From an uncultured Clostridia bacterium (GTDB lineage Bacteria; Bacillota; Clostridia; Tissierellales; Dethiosulfatibacteraceae), in NCBI GenBank assembly GCA_964574015.1, contig CAZNLP010000001.1, forward strand, positions 547 through 64,546: DNA of 64,000 nt, read 5' to 3'. The notes under the pieces are model-generated. The model was not told where the DNA came from. It made no database searches and saw nothing but the letters and a program-made list of their open reading frames with translations. Shown here in pieces: positions 10,276 through 20,139 of this stretch (position 1 is its first letter; every line of letters starts with the position of its first letter). The translations under genes and the position numbers were made by a program.

Positions 10276-10702
10276 TAACAGACAAAAAACTAAAGAAATA
10301 AATAAAGATAATATTACTTTAATAAAAAGTGCTATAAAGGCCTGTATGATAGAAGAAGGAAAAGGGTTGAATGCAGAAATAAGCCTTTCTTTCGTTAATA
10401 ATAACGAAATCAGAGAGTTAAATAAAAAATATAGAGGAAAAGATTATTCAACAGATGTGCTTTCCTTTCCACTTGACGAGGAAATAGATGATATAATAAT
10501 ACTAGGTGACATTGTTGTTTCAGTAGATAAAGTAATTGAACAAGCTGAAGAATATAATCATACTTTTGAAAGAGAATTAATATATTTAATAATACACGGT
10601 ATGTTTCATTTATTAGGATATGATCATATAAAAGAAGAAGATAAAAAAATAATGAGATTAAAAGAGAAAAAAATAACAAAAAAACTAGAACTATATAGAT
10701 AA
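10259..10702 (+). CDS. ybeY: rRNA maturation endoribonuclease YbeY
   Basis: Zinc motif HGMFHLLGYDH. The start is uncertain (10229 or 10259) and both overlap the phoH 3' end. Confidence 0.88.
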   Translation: MELLIDNRQKTKEINKDNITLIKSAIKACMIEEGKGLNAEISLSFVNNNEIRELNKKYRGKDYSTDVLSFPLDEEIDDIIILGDIVVSVDKVIEQAEEYNHTFERELIYLIIHGMFHLLGYDHIKEEDKKIMRLKEKKITKKLELYR

Positions 10703-10714
10703 ACAGGAGACTAT

Positions 10715-11845
10715 ATGAAAAAATCAGTATATTTTATTTTACTCATAGCGGCATTAATCTTTACAACAGCATGTAACGGAGAAGAAGTTGATGTTGAAGA
10801 AAATTTAGAGCCAGAGGAAGAAGTTCAAGAGCAATTAGAAGAAGATTCAATAGAAGAAGAACCAATTGAAGAACCAGAAGTAATAAATCCGAAAGAAGAG
10901 ACTATGAGAATCATAGAAGACTTGAAGGATAAAGGATATAAACAATCTAAATTAGATGGTGTTTACATAAAAGAAGAATTATATAATCTTAGACCGATTA
11001 CAGTAATGTATGATAACCATCCTTACGCCAGATGGCAGGCAGGTTTAGTTTTAGCTGATATAGTTTATGAATGTGAAGTAGAATTTCCTTTTACTCGATA
11101 TATGGCTGTTTTTCAAGATGAAGATGTTGAGCATATAGGTCCTGTAAGAAGTGCCCGACCATATTATTTAAGGTATGCTTTAGAATACGACTCGGTTTAC
11201 GTACATGTTGGGGGAAGCAACGATGCTATGGCAAAAATACAAGATTACTATATGGCAGATGTTGACGGATTATCCAGCGGTAACTTTTGGAGATATTATG
11301 ATACGGGAAAGTCAATTCCTAACAATATGTATACGGATATGGAAAACTTAAGAGAAGCTCAAAACTTTTACGGATACAGGTCAAATGGTGAATTTGTAGG
11401 ATACAAATTTAACGACTTAATAGAAACAATTGATGAAAATTTAGAGCCTGAAAATTGCACGGAAATAAATATTGTTTTCAATCAACATTATGAAATAGAT
11501 TTTATATATAATAAAGAAAATGCTTCATACAAAAGGTTTGTCAATGGAGAGAAACACGTAGATGAATATTATGATGATGAGATTGAGGTAGTTAATATTA
11601 TAGTTTTAAAAACAACCAAAACTGTTTTAGATGATGTGGGGAGACTATCAATTAATACTGTTGGCGAGGGAACAGGCACTTATATTAGCCGTGGACTTAA
11701 AACAGATATAACATGGGAAAAGAATGATTATAAATCAAAAACTTATTTTTATTATGAAAATGGACAGGAAATTGTTTTGAATCCTGGACAAACTTGGATT
11801 GAGGTTACAACCCAAAATACATCCATAAACTATAAAGAGGAGTGA
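10715..11845 (+). CDS. DUF3048 (YerB-like) lipoprotein
   Basis: Lipobox-type signal (LLIAALIFTTAC|NG) and an acidic linker. The conserved core (ITVMYDNHPYARWQAGL..ADIVYE..VEFPFTRYMAVFQ...GPVRSARPYYL) is recalled as DUF3048. Confidence 0.72.
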   Translation: MKKSVYFILLIAALIFTTACNGEEVDVEENLEPEEEVQEQLEEDSIEEEPIEEPEVINPKEETMRIIEDLKDKGYKQSKLDGVYIKEELYNLRPITVMYDNHPYARWQAGLVLADIVYECEVEFPFTRYMAVFQDEDVEHIGPVRSARPYYLRYALEYDSVYVHVGGSNDAMAKIQDYYMADVDGLSSGNFWRYYDTGKSIPNNMYTDMENLREAQNFYGYRSNGEFVGYKFNDLIETIDENLEPENCTEINIVFNQHYEIDFIYNKENASYKRFVNGEKHVDEYYDDEIEVVNIIVLKTTKTVLDDVGRLSINTVGEGTGTYISRGLKTDITWEKNDYKSKTYFYYENGQEIVLNPGQTWIEVTTQNTSINYKEE

Positions 11846-11849
11846 TTAA

Positions 11850-12245
11850 ATGTATAAAGAAATAATAGAAAAAGCAATTAGAGCGAGAGAAAATGCATAT
11901 GTTCCTTATTCTAATTTTCTTGTTGGAGCAGCAGTTAAAACTAAAGAAGGAAAGTACTTTACTGGATGTAATATAGAATCAGCATCTTTTAGTCCAACTA
12001 TATGTGCTGAAAGAACAGCTATATCAAAAGCAATTTCAGAAGGGTACAAAGATATAGAAGCGATAGCAGTAGTTGGAAGCTTTGATGATTATACATTTCC
12101 TTGTGGAGTTTGCCGACAGTTTATTGTAGAGTTTGGAAAAGATATAGAAGTTATTGTTGCAAAAAACACTGAAGATTATAAAGTTTATAAAATTAGCGAC
12201 TTATTACCTCATAGTTTCGGTCCAGAGGATATCAAAGATGTTTAA
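11850..12245 (+). CDS. cdd: Cytidine deaminase
   Basis: Zinc ligand motifs CAERTAI and PCGVCRQ. About 130 aa, tetrameric type. Confidence 0.92.
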   Translation: MYKEIIEKAIRARENAYVPYSNFLVGAAVKTKEGKYFTGCNIESASFSPTICAERTAISKAISEGYKDIEAIAVVGSFDDYTFPCGVCRQFIVEFGKDIEVIVAKNTEDYKVYKISDLLPHSFGPEDIKDV

Positions 12246-13122
12246 ATCGGGCTTTGTAACTATTATAGGAAGGCCTAATGTAGGCAAATCAACAATTATA
12301 AATAATATAATCGGTGAAAAGATTTCAATTATATCGGATAAACCTCAAACCACAAGAAATAAAATACAAGCAGTTTATACAGATGATGATAGTCAAGTTA
12401 TTTTTATAGATACACCCGGCATTCATAAACCTAAGAATAAACTGGGAGAGTATATGGGAGAAGAAATTGACAGTTCATTAGAAGGCATGGATTTGGTAAT
12501 ATTTATGACTGATGAGAGAAAATCATTAGGACCTGGAGATAAATTTATTATTGAAAAAATCAAAGAGTTAAAAACCCCTGTAATAGGTGTTGTTAACAAA
12601 ATAGATATAAATAAAAATGCTAAAAATATCGAATCAGAATTAAGTGAAAGTAAAGTTTTTCATAAAGTATTTCAAATATCAGCTACTCAAGGGATTAACG
12701 TCAATAAACTAATAGAAGAGGTAAAAACTATAATACCGGAAGGGCCAAAATACTATCCTGATGATTATATTACAGATAAACCTGAAAGATTTATCATTGC
12801 AGAACTGATTAGGGAAAAAGCGCTTAAATACCTTAAGCAGGAAGTACCTCACGGAGTAGGTGTCTACATTGATAAAATCGAAGGTAGTGAAGATGATAAT
12901 GTTATAAATATTGATGCTACGATTATGTGCGAAAAAAAATCACATAAAGGCATTATAATAGGCAAACAAGGATCTATGCTAAAAAAAATAGGAAAAGGAT
13001 CTAGAAAAGAAATTAATACGCTCTTAGGAAGCAAGACCTATTTAGACTTATGGGTCAAGGTAAAAAAAGACTGGAGAGACGATGATAAAATTCTTAAAGA
13101 ACTGGGTTATAGAGATTGGTGA
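12238..13122 (+). CDS. era: GTPase Era
   Basis: MFKSGFVTIIGRPNVGKSTIIN (G1), DTPG (G3), NKID (G4) and a KH domain at the C-terminus. ATG 12238 overlaps the cdd stop. The track ORF start at 12154 lies inside cdd. Confidence 0.95.
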   Translation: MFKSGFVTIIGRPNVGKSTIINNIIGEKISIISDKPQTTRNKIQAVYTDDDSQVIFIDTPGIHKPKNKLGEYMGEEIDSSLEGMDLVIFMTDERKSLGPGDKFIIEKIKELKTPVIGVVNKIDINKNAKNIESELSESKVFHKVFQISATQGINVNKLIEEVKTIIPEGPKYYPDDYITDKPERFIIAELIREKALKYLKQEVPHGVGVYIDKIEGSEDDNVINIDATIMCEKKSHKGIIIGKQGSMLKKIGKGSRKEINTLLGSKTYLDLWVKVKKDWRDDDKILKELGYRDW

Positions 13123-13127
13123 TATAG

Positions 13128-13844
13128 TTGATTGTAAAAGACCAGGTTATAATACTAAAAGAAGTTGAATACAAAGATTATCATAAGATTATCCATGGTT
13201 TTAGTAGAAATAACGGAAAAATAAGTTTTTTAGCAAGAAATGCAAAAAAACAAAGAAATAAAAATATAAGTATATTAAAAATTTTCTCTCATGTTGATAT
13301 TGTTTTATATAAAGGAAAAGGCTTACCAATTCTCAATAATTCCGAAATAATCAACAATTTTTATAAGATTAACGATGATTACAATAAATATGTATATGCT
13401 TGCTATATAGCTGAGCTCTTAAATAATATAACTATAGAAGAACCTAATGAAAAAATATTTGAAATGACTTTAAAGTTTTTTACTTTAATGGAAAAGTATA
13501 AAAATGTAAGCAATATGGTGACAGGTTTTGAATTAAAAATAATCAGTATACTAGGATTTAGACCTCAATTATCTTACTGTGTTTCATGTCATAAAAAATC
13601 ATATAAAAATTTTAGTATAAATCAAGGTGGACTGATATGTTCAAAATGCCAAAGAGATAATGATTATTTAATAAAAATAAACAATAAAGATATTAATACT
13701 TTAAATAAGTTATTAAAATCAAAACTTGAGGATATTCAAGATATGGGTATATCTATACATATAAAAAAATTAGTAAGAAATTATTTGATGTATTATATTG
13801 ATAAATATGATTTTAAAAGTCTTAATCTACTGGAGGATTTATAA
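13128..13844 (+). CDS. recO: DNA repair protein RecO
   Basis: OB-fold N-terminus and a CxxC...CxxC zinc finger (CVSCHKK...CSKCQR). Position after era as in Firmicutes. TTG start. Confidence 0.82.
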   Translation: MIVKDQVIILKEVEYKDYHKIIHGFSRNNGKISFLARNAKKQRNKNISILKIFSHVDIVLYKGKGLPILNNSEIINNFYKINDDYNKYVYACYIAELLNNITIEEPNEKIFEMTLKFFTLMEKYKNVSNMVTGFELKIISILGFRPQLSYCVSCHKKSYKNFSINQGGLICSKCQRDNDYLIKINNKDINTLNKLLKSKLEDIQDMGISIHIKKLVRNYLMYYIDKYDFKSLNLLEDL

Positions 13845-14263
13845 TGGATAAAAAAATGGATATTATAGATGAAATAGTTAAAAGAACAGATGCTTCTTAC
13901 AAAGAAGCGAAAGAAGCATATGAGAAATCCGATGAGGATTTATTAAATGCTATAATATATTTAGAAGAAAAAAAAGGTAAAAAAACTTTAAAAGATGATG
14001 ATGTTCTTGAAGAATTGAAAAGTCTAGTTAAGGACGTAAATGGAACTAAAATAATTGTAAAAAAAGGTGAAGAAACTGTACTAAACCTACCGGTTACAGC
14101 TGGAGCTATAGGACTTGTATTAGCTCCACTATTAAGTATTGGTGGTCTTACAGTAGCTATGCTTTCAAAGTATGAAATTACAATAATATCAAAAGATGGC
14201 GAGAAATATAACCTAAATAAAAAATTTGAAGAATCAAAAAAGAAATACAATGACAGTAAATAA
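13844..14263 (+). CDS. Hypothetical protein with a UBA/EF-Ts-N-like N-terminus and a DUF4342-like C-terminus
   Basis: DIIDEIVKRTDASYKEAKEAYEKSDEDLLNAIIYLEEKKG resembles a UBA-like helix bundle. The C-terminus carries a hydrophobic segment (LPVTAGAIGLVLAPLLSIGGLTVAML). The family assignment is from memory. Confidence 0.5.
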   Translation: MDKKMDIIDEIVKRTDASYKEAKEAYEKSDEDLLNAIIYLEEKKGKKTLKDDDVLEELKSLVKDVNGTKIIVKKGEETVLNLPVTAGAIGLVLAPLLSIGGLTVAMLSKYEITIISKDGEKYNLNKKFEESKKKYNDSK

Positions 14264-14264
14264 A

Positions 14265-14293
14265 TTGACTTTTTGAGCTTTTGATGTTAAATT
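14265..14293 (+). promoter_or_regulatory. Possible promoter for the glyQS leader (TTGACT-17 nt-TAAATT)
   Basis: TTGACT at 14265-14270, 17-nt spacer, and a weak -10 TAAATT at 14288-14293. Confidence 0.35.
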
Positions 14294-14322
14294 ATTAAGT
14301 ACAAAATTACTTGATTATAATA

Positions 14323-14512
14323 TTGCGAAAATAAAGAGTATTAGTTAATTCAATATAAAATAGAGAGCCGGGGTTTGGTGGAAAACTGGTTTTGAGAATT
14401 GATGAAGGAGCTTTTAGCATTTATGATTTAAAGTGGGTGTTTTTACACCAAATAGGGTGGAACCGCGGAATACAACTTTCGTCCCTATATAGGGAGGGAA
14501 GTTTTTTATTTT
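14323..14512 (+). promoter_or_regulatory. T-box riboswitch leader (glycine, short glyQS type) with terminator
   Basis: The 5' TTGCGAAAATAAAGAGTATTAG parallels the B. subtilis glyQS Stem I base. AGAGA and GGTGGAAA boxes are present. Specifier region GATGAA-GGA-G has the codon at 14407-14409. Stem III is GGTGT-TTTT-ACACC. T-box sequence AAATAGGGTGGAACCGCG is at 14460-14478. An imperfect (bulged) terminator hairpin (core TCCCT-ATAT-AGGGA) is followed by a T-run (about 14488-14512). Confidence 0.9.
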
Positions 14513-14528
14513 TTGAAAGGAGATAATC

Positions 14529-15926
14529 ATGGCAAAAAAAGAAAAAGATAAATTAGAAAAATTAGTAGCACTATCAAAAAGTAGAGGTATTATTTTTCCA
14601 GGATCTGAAATATATGGAGGATTAGCCAATACTTGGGATTATGGTCCAGTTGGAGTTGAAATAAAAAACAACATAAAAAACTTATGGTGGAAGAAATTTA
14701 TTCAAGAAAACACTCATAATGTTGGACTGGATTCTTCAATATTAATGAATCCAAAAACTTGGGAAGCTTCAGGACATTTAGACGGCTTTAATGATCCCTT
14801 AATGGATTGTAAAAACTGTAAAACAAGATTCAGAGCGGATAATTTAATAGAAGATTATATGAAAAAAAATGATCTTGAGGTAGAAGCGGTTGATGGATGG
14901 AGTAATGAAAAACTCACAAAATATATAGAAGAAAAAGAAATATCCTGTCCAAACTGTGGCAGCAAAGACTTTACTGATATAAGAGAGTTTAATTTAATGT
15001 TTAAAACTTTTCAAGGTGTAACAGAGGATTCTCAATCAGAAATTTTTCTAAGACCTGAAACAGCACAGGGAATTTTCGTTAACTTTAAAAATATTGCAAG
15101 AACTTCAAGAAAAAAAATTCCTTTTGGAATAGGACAGATTGGTAAATCCTTTAGAAATGAAATCACACCAGGTAATTTCATTTTTAGAACAAGAGAATTT
15201 GAACAAATGGAGTTAGAATTTTTTTGTGAACCGGGGGAAGATATAAAGTGGTTTAAGCATTGGAAAGAATACTGCATGAATTGGCTATTTGAACTAGATA
15301 TAAGCAAAGATAACCTAAGGTTTAGAGATCACAAGGAAGACGAATTATCCCATTACAGTAATGCAACAGCAGATATCGAATATAGATTTCCTTTTGGATG
15401 GGGAGAATTATGGGGAATAGCTGATAGAACAGATTATGACCTTAAAATGCATCAAGAACATTCGGGACAGGATATGAATTATACTGATCCATACAATGGT
15501 AATAAATATATACCTTATTGTATAGAGCCATCCTTAGGTGTAGATAGATTGATGTTGGCTATGTTATTGGATGCTTATAAAGAAGAAGAATTAGAAGATG
15601 GAAAAGAAAGAGTAGTTTTACAACTTCATGCTTCAGTGGCTCCCTTCAAAGCGGCTGTATTTCCACTCACGAAAAAATTAAATGAACAAGCTGAAGAAGT
15701 ATTTCATGACATTTCTAAATATTTTAATATTGATTATGATGATTCTGGTAGTATAGGAAAAAGATACAGAAGACATGATGAAATTGGGACACCATATTGT
15801 ATAACCTATGACTTTGATTCTTTAGAAGATAAGTGTGTTACAGTTAGAGATAGAGATACAATGGAGCAAAAAAGAATAAAAATAGATGAGTTAAAAAATT
15901 ACATAGAAAAAAGAATTAAATTATAA
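14529..15926 (+). CDS. glyQS: Glycine--tRNA ligase (homodimeric alpha2 type)
   Basis: [29 protein letters not shown]..., class II motifs ([25 protein letters not shown]). 465 aa. Confidence 0.97.
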   Translation: MAKKEKDKLEKLVALSKSRGIIFPGSEIYGGLANTWDYGPVGVEIKNNIKNLWWKKFIQENTHNVGLDSSILMNPKTWEASGHLDGFNDPLMDCKNCKTRFRADNLIEDYMKKNDLEVEAVDGWSNEKLTKYIEEKEISCPNCGSKDFTDIREFNLMFKTFQGVTEDSQSEIFLRPETAQGIFVNFKNIARTSRKKIPFGIGQIGKSFRNEITPGNFIFRTREFEQMELEFFCEPGEDIKWFKHWKEYCMNWLFELDISKDNLRFRDHKEDELSHYSNATADIEYRFPFGWGELWGIADRTDYDLKMHQEHSGQDMNYTDPYNGNKYIPYCIEPSLGVDRLMLAMLLDAYKEEELEDGKERVVLQLHASVAPFKAAVFPLTKKLNEQAEEVFHDISKYFNIDYDDSGSIGKRYRRHDEIGTPYCITYDFDSLEDKCVTVRDRDTMEQKRIKIDELKNYIEKRIKL

Positions 15927-15937
15927 ATAATTAGGAA

Positions 15938-16558
15938 GTGATTGAAATAGAATTTTCTGATAGGCAAGAAAAAATCATTGATATTGTAAAGAGCAACGAA
16001 CCTATAACGGGGGAGAACATAGCAAGCAGATTAAACCTTACAAGAGGAGCTTTAAGACCGGATTTATCTATACTTACAATGCTAAATATTTTAGAAGCTA
16101 AACCTAAGATTGGTTATTTTTATAATGGGAATTATAAAAATAACAACAGAAATAAATTAACTGATATAAAGCTTGAAGATATCAAATCACTTCCTGTAGT
16201 AGTTACAAGTGATACAACTATATATGATGCATCTGTAACTATGTTTGTAGAAAACGTTGGAACATTGTTTGTTGTAAAAAATAACTTACTCACTGGAATT
16301 ATATCAAGAAAAGATTTGTTAAAAGCTTCTTTGGGTGGAGGAAAGCCTACAGATATTCCAGTAAGTGTTGTTATGACTAGACTACCTCAAATAATATACT
16401 GTTATCCTGATGAAAACTTACTGGATGCAATTAGTAATATTGTAGAATATGAAATAGACTGTATACCTATAGTTGAAAACAATCATGAAGGCTTAAAAGT
16501 TGTAGGAAGAGTTTCAAAGACCAACATTATTTCATATATATATGAAATAATAAGATAA
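15938..16558 (+). CDS. ccpN: CcpN-like transcriptional repressor (HTH plus tandem CBS domains)
   Basis: N-terminal HTH (RQEKIIDIVKSNEPITGENIASRLNLTRGALRPDLSIL) and two CBS domains. Paired with the PDRP gene as ccpN-yqfL in B. subtilis. GTG start. Confidence 0.8.
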   Translation: MIEIEFSDRQEKIIDIVKSNEPITGENIASRLNLTRGALRPDLSILTMLNILEAKPKIGYFYNGNYKNNNRNKLTDIKLEDIKSLPVVVTSDTTIYDASVTMFVENVGTLFVVKNNLLTGIISRKDLLKASLGGGKPTDIPVSVVMTRLPQIIYCYPDENLLDAISNIVEYEIDCIPIVENNHEGLKVVGRVSKTNIISYIYEIIR

Positions 16559-16571
16559 AAAGGGAGAAAAA

Positions 16572-17384
16572 ATGAAAAACTTAACGATTTTAGCCGTTTC
16601 AGACTCTGTTGGTGAAACAGCTGAACAAATTTCAAAAGCCGTCCTAAAGCAATTTGATATAGAGAATAAAAATATCATTAGATATTCATTTGTAGACGAT
16701 ATCAAAAAAATCAATAGTATTGTTAATGAGGCACAAGAAACTAACTCGGTGATAGTTTTTACAATTGTAACTAATGATTTAAAAACACATTTAATAAAAA
16801 AAGCTAAGGAAAACAACGTTATTGCTATTGATGTTATAACTCCTCTTATGAATCCTTTAATAGAGCACTTTGGTCTTAAATCCAAGGAAGAACCCGGCTT
16901 ATTAAGACAGATGGATGAAAAATATTTCAGAAGAGTTGAAGCTATTGAATTTGCCGTTAAATACGATGATGGAAAAAGCACAAAAGGAATTAAAGAAGCG
17001 GATTTAGTATTAATAGGTATATCCAGGACATCTAAAACTCCACTTAGTATGTATTTAGCAAATAAAAATATAAAAGTCGCTAATTTTCCACTCGTTCCGG
17101 AAGTAGAACCTCCAGAAGAAATATTTAAAATTGATCATAAAAAAATAGTAGGTTTAACTGCTGAACCGGAGCATTTAAATAAAATTAGAAAAGAAAGATT
17201 AAAAGCATTGGGCTTAAAAGATAATGCTAGTTATGCAGATCTTAATAGAATAATAGAAGAATTAGAATATTCAATAAAAATAATGAAAAGAATAGGATGT
17301 AAAACAATAGATATATCAAATAAGGCAATAGAAGAAACAGCTGGTATTATATTAAATTGGTATAAGGAAAATAAATATAAATAG
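16572..17384 (+). CDS. yqfL: Pyruvate, phosphate dikinase / PEP synthase regulatory protein (PDRP, DUF299, YqfL-like)
   Basis: ILAVSDSVGETAE... and P-loop GISRTSKTPLSMYLA. About 270 aa. Confidence 0.88.
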   Translation: MKNLTILAVSDSVGETAEQISKAVLKQFDIENKNIIRYSFVDDIKKINSIVNEAQETNSVIVFTIVTNDLKTHLIKKAKENNVIAIDVITPLMNPLIEHFGLKSKEEPGLLRQMDEKYFRRVEAIEFAVKYDDGKSTKGIKEADLVLIGISRTSKTPLSMYLANKNIKVANFPLVPEVEPPEEIFKIDHKKIVGLTAEPEHLNKIRKERLKALGLKDNASYADLNRIIEELEYSIKIMKRIGCKTIDISNKAIEETAGIILNWYKENKYK

Positions 17385-17395
17385 AAGGTGAGGAT

Positions 17396-18397
17396 TTGGG
17401 AATTAGAGAAGAGTATGAAAAATATGAAGATATAAGACTCTCAAAATATGCTTGTAAATCAATTGACTCCAGAGGCAGAAGAGAATATGAAGTTGAATGT
17501 GATATAAGAACAAAATTTCAAAGAGATAGAGATAGGATAATACACTCAAAAGCTTTTAGAAGATTAAAGCACAAAACTCAAGTTTTTCTAGCTCCTGAAG
17601 GAGACCATTATAGAACCCGCTTAACTCATACCTTAGAAGTTAGTCAAATTTCAAGAACTATAGCTAGAGCTTTAAGATTAAATGAAGATCTTACCGAAGC
17701 TATATCTCTAGGTCATGATTTAGGACATACGCCATTTGGGCATAATGGTGAAAAAATTTTAAATAGCATAACTTCCTCTGGTTTTCAACATAATATTCAA
17801 AGTTTAAGAGTAGTTGATATATTGGAAAAACATAAGGATAAACAAGGTCTGAATCTAACATATGAAGTTAGAGATGGGATTCTAAATCACAGAGGTGAAA
17901 ATAGTCCGGAAACATTAGAAGGAAGAATTGTAAAAATAGCCGACAGAATAGCTTATTTGAATCATGATATTGATGATGCTATTAGAGCAAAAGTGATAAA
18001 AAAAGATGATATACCTTCTGATGTAGTTAAAATTTTAGGTTCCGATCATGGAGAGCGTATTAATAATATGATTACAAATATAGTTGTAAATAGTACTGAT
18101 AAAAATGATATTATGATGAGTGATAAAGTACAATTTGCAACAGATAAATTAAGAAACTTCATGTTTGAGAATATATACTTGAATAAAAAAGCAAAAAGTG
18201 AAAACTATAAGGCCGAAAAAATTTTAAAAGATTTATTTGCTTATTATTTAGAAAATACAAATAAAATACCAAAAGACACATTTTTAATAAAAGAAGATAA
18301 AGAAATTAGAGTTAAAGATTATATCGCCGGCATGACAGACAGATATGCAATAAAAAAGTTCAAAGATATTTTTGTGCCTTTGCCGTGGGATAAGTAA
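17396..18397 (+). CDS. dGTP triphosphohydrolase-like HD-domain protein
   Basis: FQRDRDRIIHSKAFRRLKHKTQVF, RLTHTLEVSQISRTIA, GHDLGHTPFGH, DRIAYLNHDIDDA. TTG start. Confidence 0.85.
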   Translation: MGIREEYEKYEDIRLSKYACKSIDSRGRREYEVECDIRTKFQRDRDRIIHSKAFRRLKHKTQVFLAPEGDHYRTRLTHTLEVSQISRTIARALRLNEDLTEAISLGHDLGHTPFGHNGEKILNSITSSGFQHNIQSLRVVDILEKHKDKQGLNLTYEVRDGILNHRGENSPETLEGRIVKIADRIAYLNHDIDDAIRAKVIKKDDIPSDVVKILGSDHGERINNMITNIVVNSTDKNDIMMSDKVQFATDKLRNFMFENIYLNKKAKSENYKAEKILKDLFAYYLENTNKIPKDTFLIKEDKEIRVKDYIAGMTDRYAIKKFKDIFVPLPWDK

Positions 18398-18398
18398 T

Positions 18399-18427
18399 TT
18401 GACATAGATATTTTATTGATATATAAT
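18399..18427 (+). promoter_or_regulatory. SigA-type promoter upstream of dnaG (TTGACA-17 nt-TATAAT)
   Basis: Consensus TTGACA at 18399-18404, 17-nt spacer, TATAAT at 18422-18427. Confidence 0.55.
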
Positions 18428-18459
18428 ATAACATCAATGTTTGATAGAATGGTGGTAAT

Positions 18460-20136
18460 ATGCCATATGCAGTGAGTGATGAAAAATTAGAAGAAATAAA
18501 AGACCTTAATGATATTGTAGATGTATTAGGAGAGTTTATTGAACTTAAAAGAGCCGGGACTAATTACAAAGCTTTATGTCCTTTTCACAATGAAAAGACT
18601 CCATCTTTTGTAGTATCTCCAGATAAACAAATATATCATTGTTTTGGCTGCGGAGAAGGAGGAGATGTCTTTTCTTTTTTGATGAAATACAACAATTATA
18701 CTTTTATGGAAGCTGTTGAATATTTAGCAGATAAAGTAGGTATAAAGCTTGAACAGGTTTCAGAAAAAAACTCAGAGAAGAAAGAATTACTATATAAAAT
18801 AAATAGAGAGGCTGCTATATATTTCTATGGAAATTTAAAAAAAAGCAAAGAAAGTATTAACTACTTAAGAAGAAGAGGAATAGATAGCAAATCTATAAAA
18901 AAATTCGGTATAGGATATGCTTTAGATAGTTGGAATGGTTTACTTGATCATTTAAAATCAAAAAACTATAAAGATAAAGATATTGCTGATACCGGATTAG
19001 TAATCGAAAGAAATAAAAGTGAAGGATATTACGATAGGTTCAGAAATAGAATTATTTTTCCTATAATAAATACTAAAAAACAGGTTATTGGCTTTGGTGG
19101 TAGAGTCCTTGATGATTCTCTTCCAAAATACCTAAATTCCCCGGATTCAGAGATATTTTCAAAGGGAAAATATTTATATAATTTAAATAATTCAATAAAA
19201 AATAAAGAAACAAACTACATAATTTTGACAGAAGGTTATATGGATGTTATAAAACTCTCAATAAATGGGTATAATAATACTGTAGCATCTTTAGGGACAG
19301 CATTAACAAAACATCAAATCAGACTTTTAAAGAAATATTATGATGTATTTTATATAGCATATGATTCTGATGAATCTGGTAAAAAAGCTGCAATAAAAGC
19401 CTTGAATTTATTTAAAAATCAAAATTTAGAGGCAAAAGTAATTGTTTTTCCTAATAATATGGATCCTGATGATTATATTTCTAAGTACGGAAAAAGCAAA
19501 TTCAGAGAAAGGTTAAATGAGAATCTTGATTACTTTGAATTTTTACATAGTTACTACAGCAGTAAATATGATATCAATACAAATAAAGGTAAAGTAAAGT
19601 ATATTGAAGAATTTTTTGGAAATATTAATAATGTTTCTAATTCAATAGAAAGAGAATTGATAATAGAAAAAATATCTGAAAAAACTCAAATATCAAAGGA
19701 AAATTTACTTAAAGAATTTAGCAAGAAATATTTAAACAAGAAAAAATTTAAAAGCGATTTCAAAAAGAAGAAAAAAGAGGTTAAAGGTATTAATATAGAA
19801 AATTACTTTACAACATTAGCTGAAAAAGTATCAAAAAATGAAGAACTATATGAATACACAGTAAACAAGTACAGTGAAACTTTCAAAAAAATATTCGGAA
19901 ACAACTTTTTTGAGGATTATAATTTTAAACTAACCAAAGATTACAGTTTTGAAAACTCATTAAGTACGGATGAAATTGATTTTATGGTCAATAAAATTTT
20001 GATAAAATATCAAGAAAAACAATTGTCAGAGTTAAGACATAAATTAAATAACAACCCCAACAATGAAGAAATACTTACAGAAATAAGTAAAATATATAAG
20101 GAAATAAAAATATTAAGACAAGGGGGTATCAATTAG
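18460..20136 (+). CDS. dnaG: DNA primase DnaG
   Basis: Zinc ribbon CPFHNEKTPSFVVSPDKQIYHCFGCGEGG and TOPRIM (ILTEGYMDVI, AYDSDESG). Confidence 0.95.
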   Translation: MPYAVSDEKLEEIKDLNDIVDVLGEFIELKRAGTNYKALCPFHNEKTPSFVVSPDKQIYHCFGCGEGGDVFSFLMKYNNYTFMEAVEYLADKVGIKLEQVSEKNSEKKELLYKINREAAIYFYGNLKKSKESINYLRRRGIDSKSIKKFGIGYALDSWNGLLDHLKSKNYKDKDIADTGLVIERNKSEGYYDRFRNRIIFPIINTKKQVIGFGGRVLDDSLPKYLNSPDSEIFSKGKYLYNLNNSIKNKETNYIILTEGYMDVIKLSINGYNNTVASLGTALTKHQIRLLKKYYDVFYIAYDSDESGKKAAIKALNLFKNQNLEAKVIVFPNNMDPDDYISKYGKSKFRERLNENLDYFEFLHSYYSSKYDINTNKGKVKYIEEFFGNINNVSNSIERELIIEKISEKTQISKENLLKEFSKKYLNKKKFKSDFKKKKKEVKGINIENYFTTLAEKVSKNEELYEYTVNKYSETFKKIFGNNFFEDYNFKLTKDYSFENSLSTDEIDFMVNKILIKYQEKQLSELRHKLNNNPNNEEILTEISKIYKEIKILRQGGIN

Positions 20137-20139
20137 TTA

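Noticed and set aside
12154-12237. Era N-terminal extension. Similar long upstream extensions exist for the HIT protein (8061), ybeY (10229), ftsZ (59642), mraZ (47092) and the acpS fusion (29816).
   Set aside because: The extensions overlap upstream genes or regulatory elements and are not conserved-looking. Internal starts have properly spaced SD sequences and give canonical N-termini.
16532-16981. 149-aa minus-strand ORF. The many other minus-strand ORFs in the track fall in the same class, e.g. 3723-4094, 13897-14250, 25252-25551, 35651-36013, 58694-59026 and 59626-59958.
   Set aside because: Each lies entirely antisense to a well-conserved + strand gene. They have low-complexity Ile/Phe/Ser/Leu-rich translations typical of the reverse frame of AT-rich coding DNA. 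They lack convincing RBSs and match no family I recognise.
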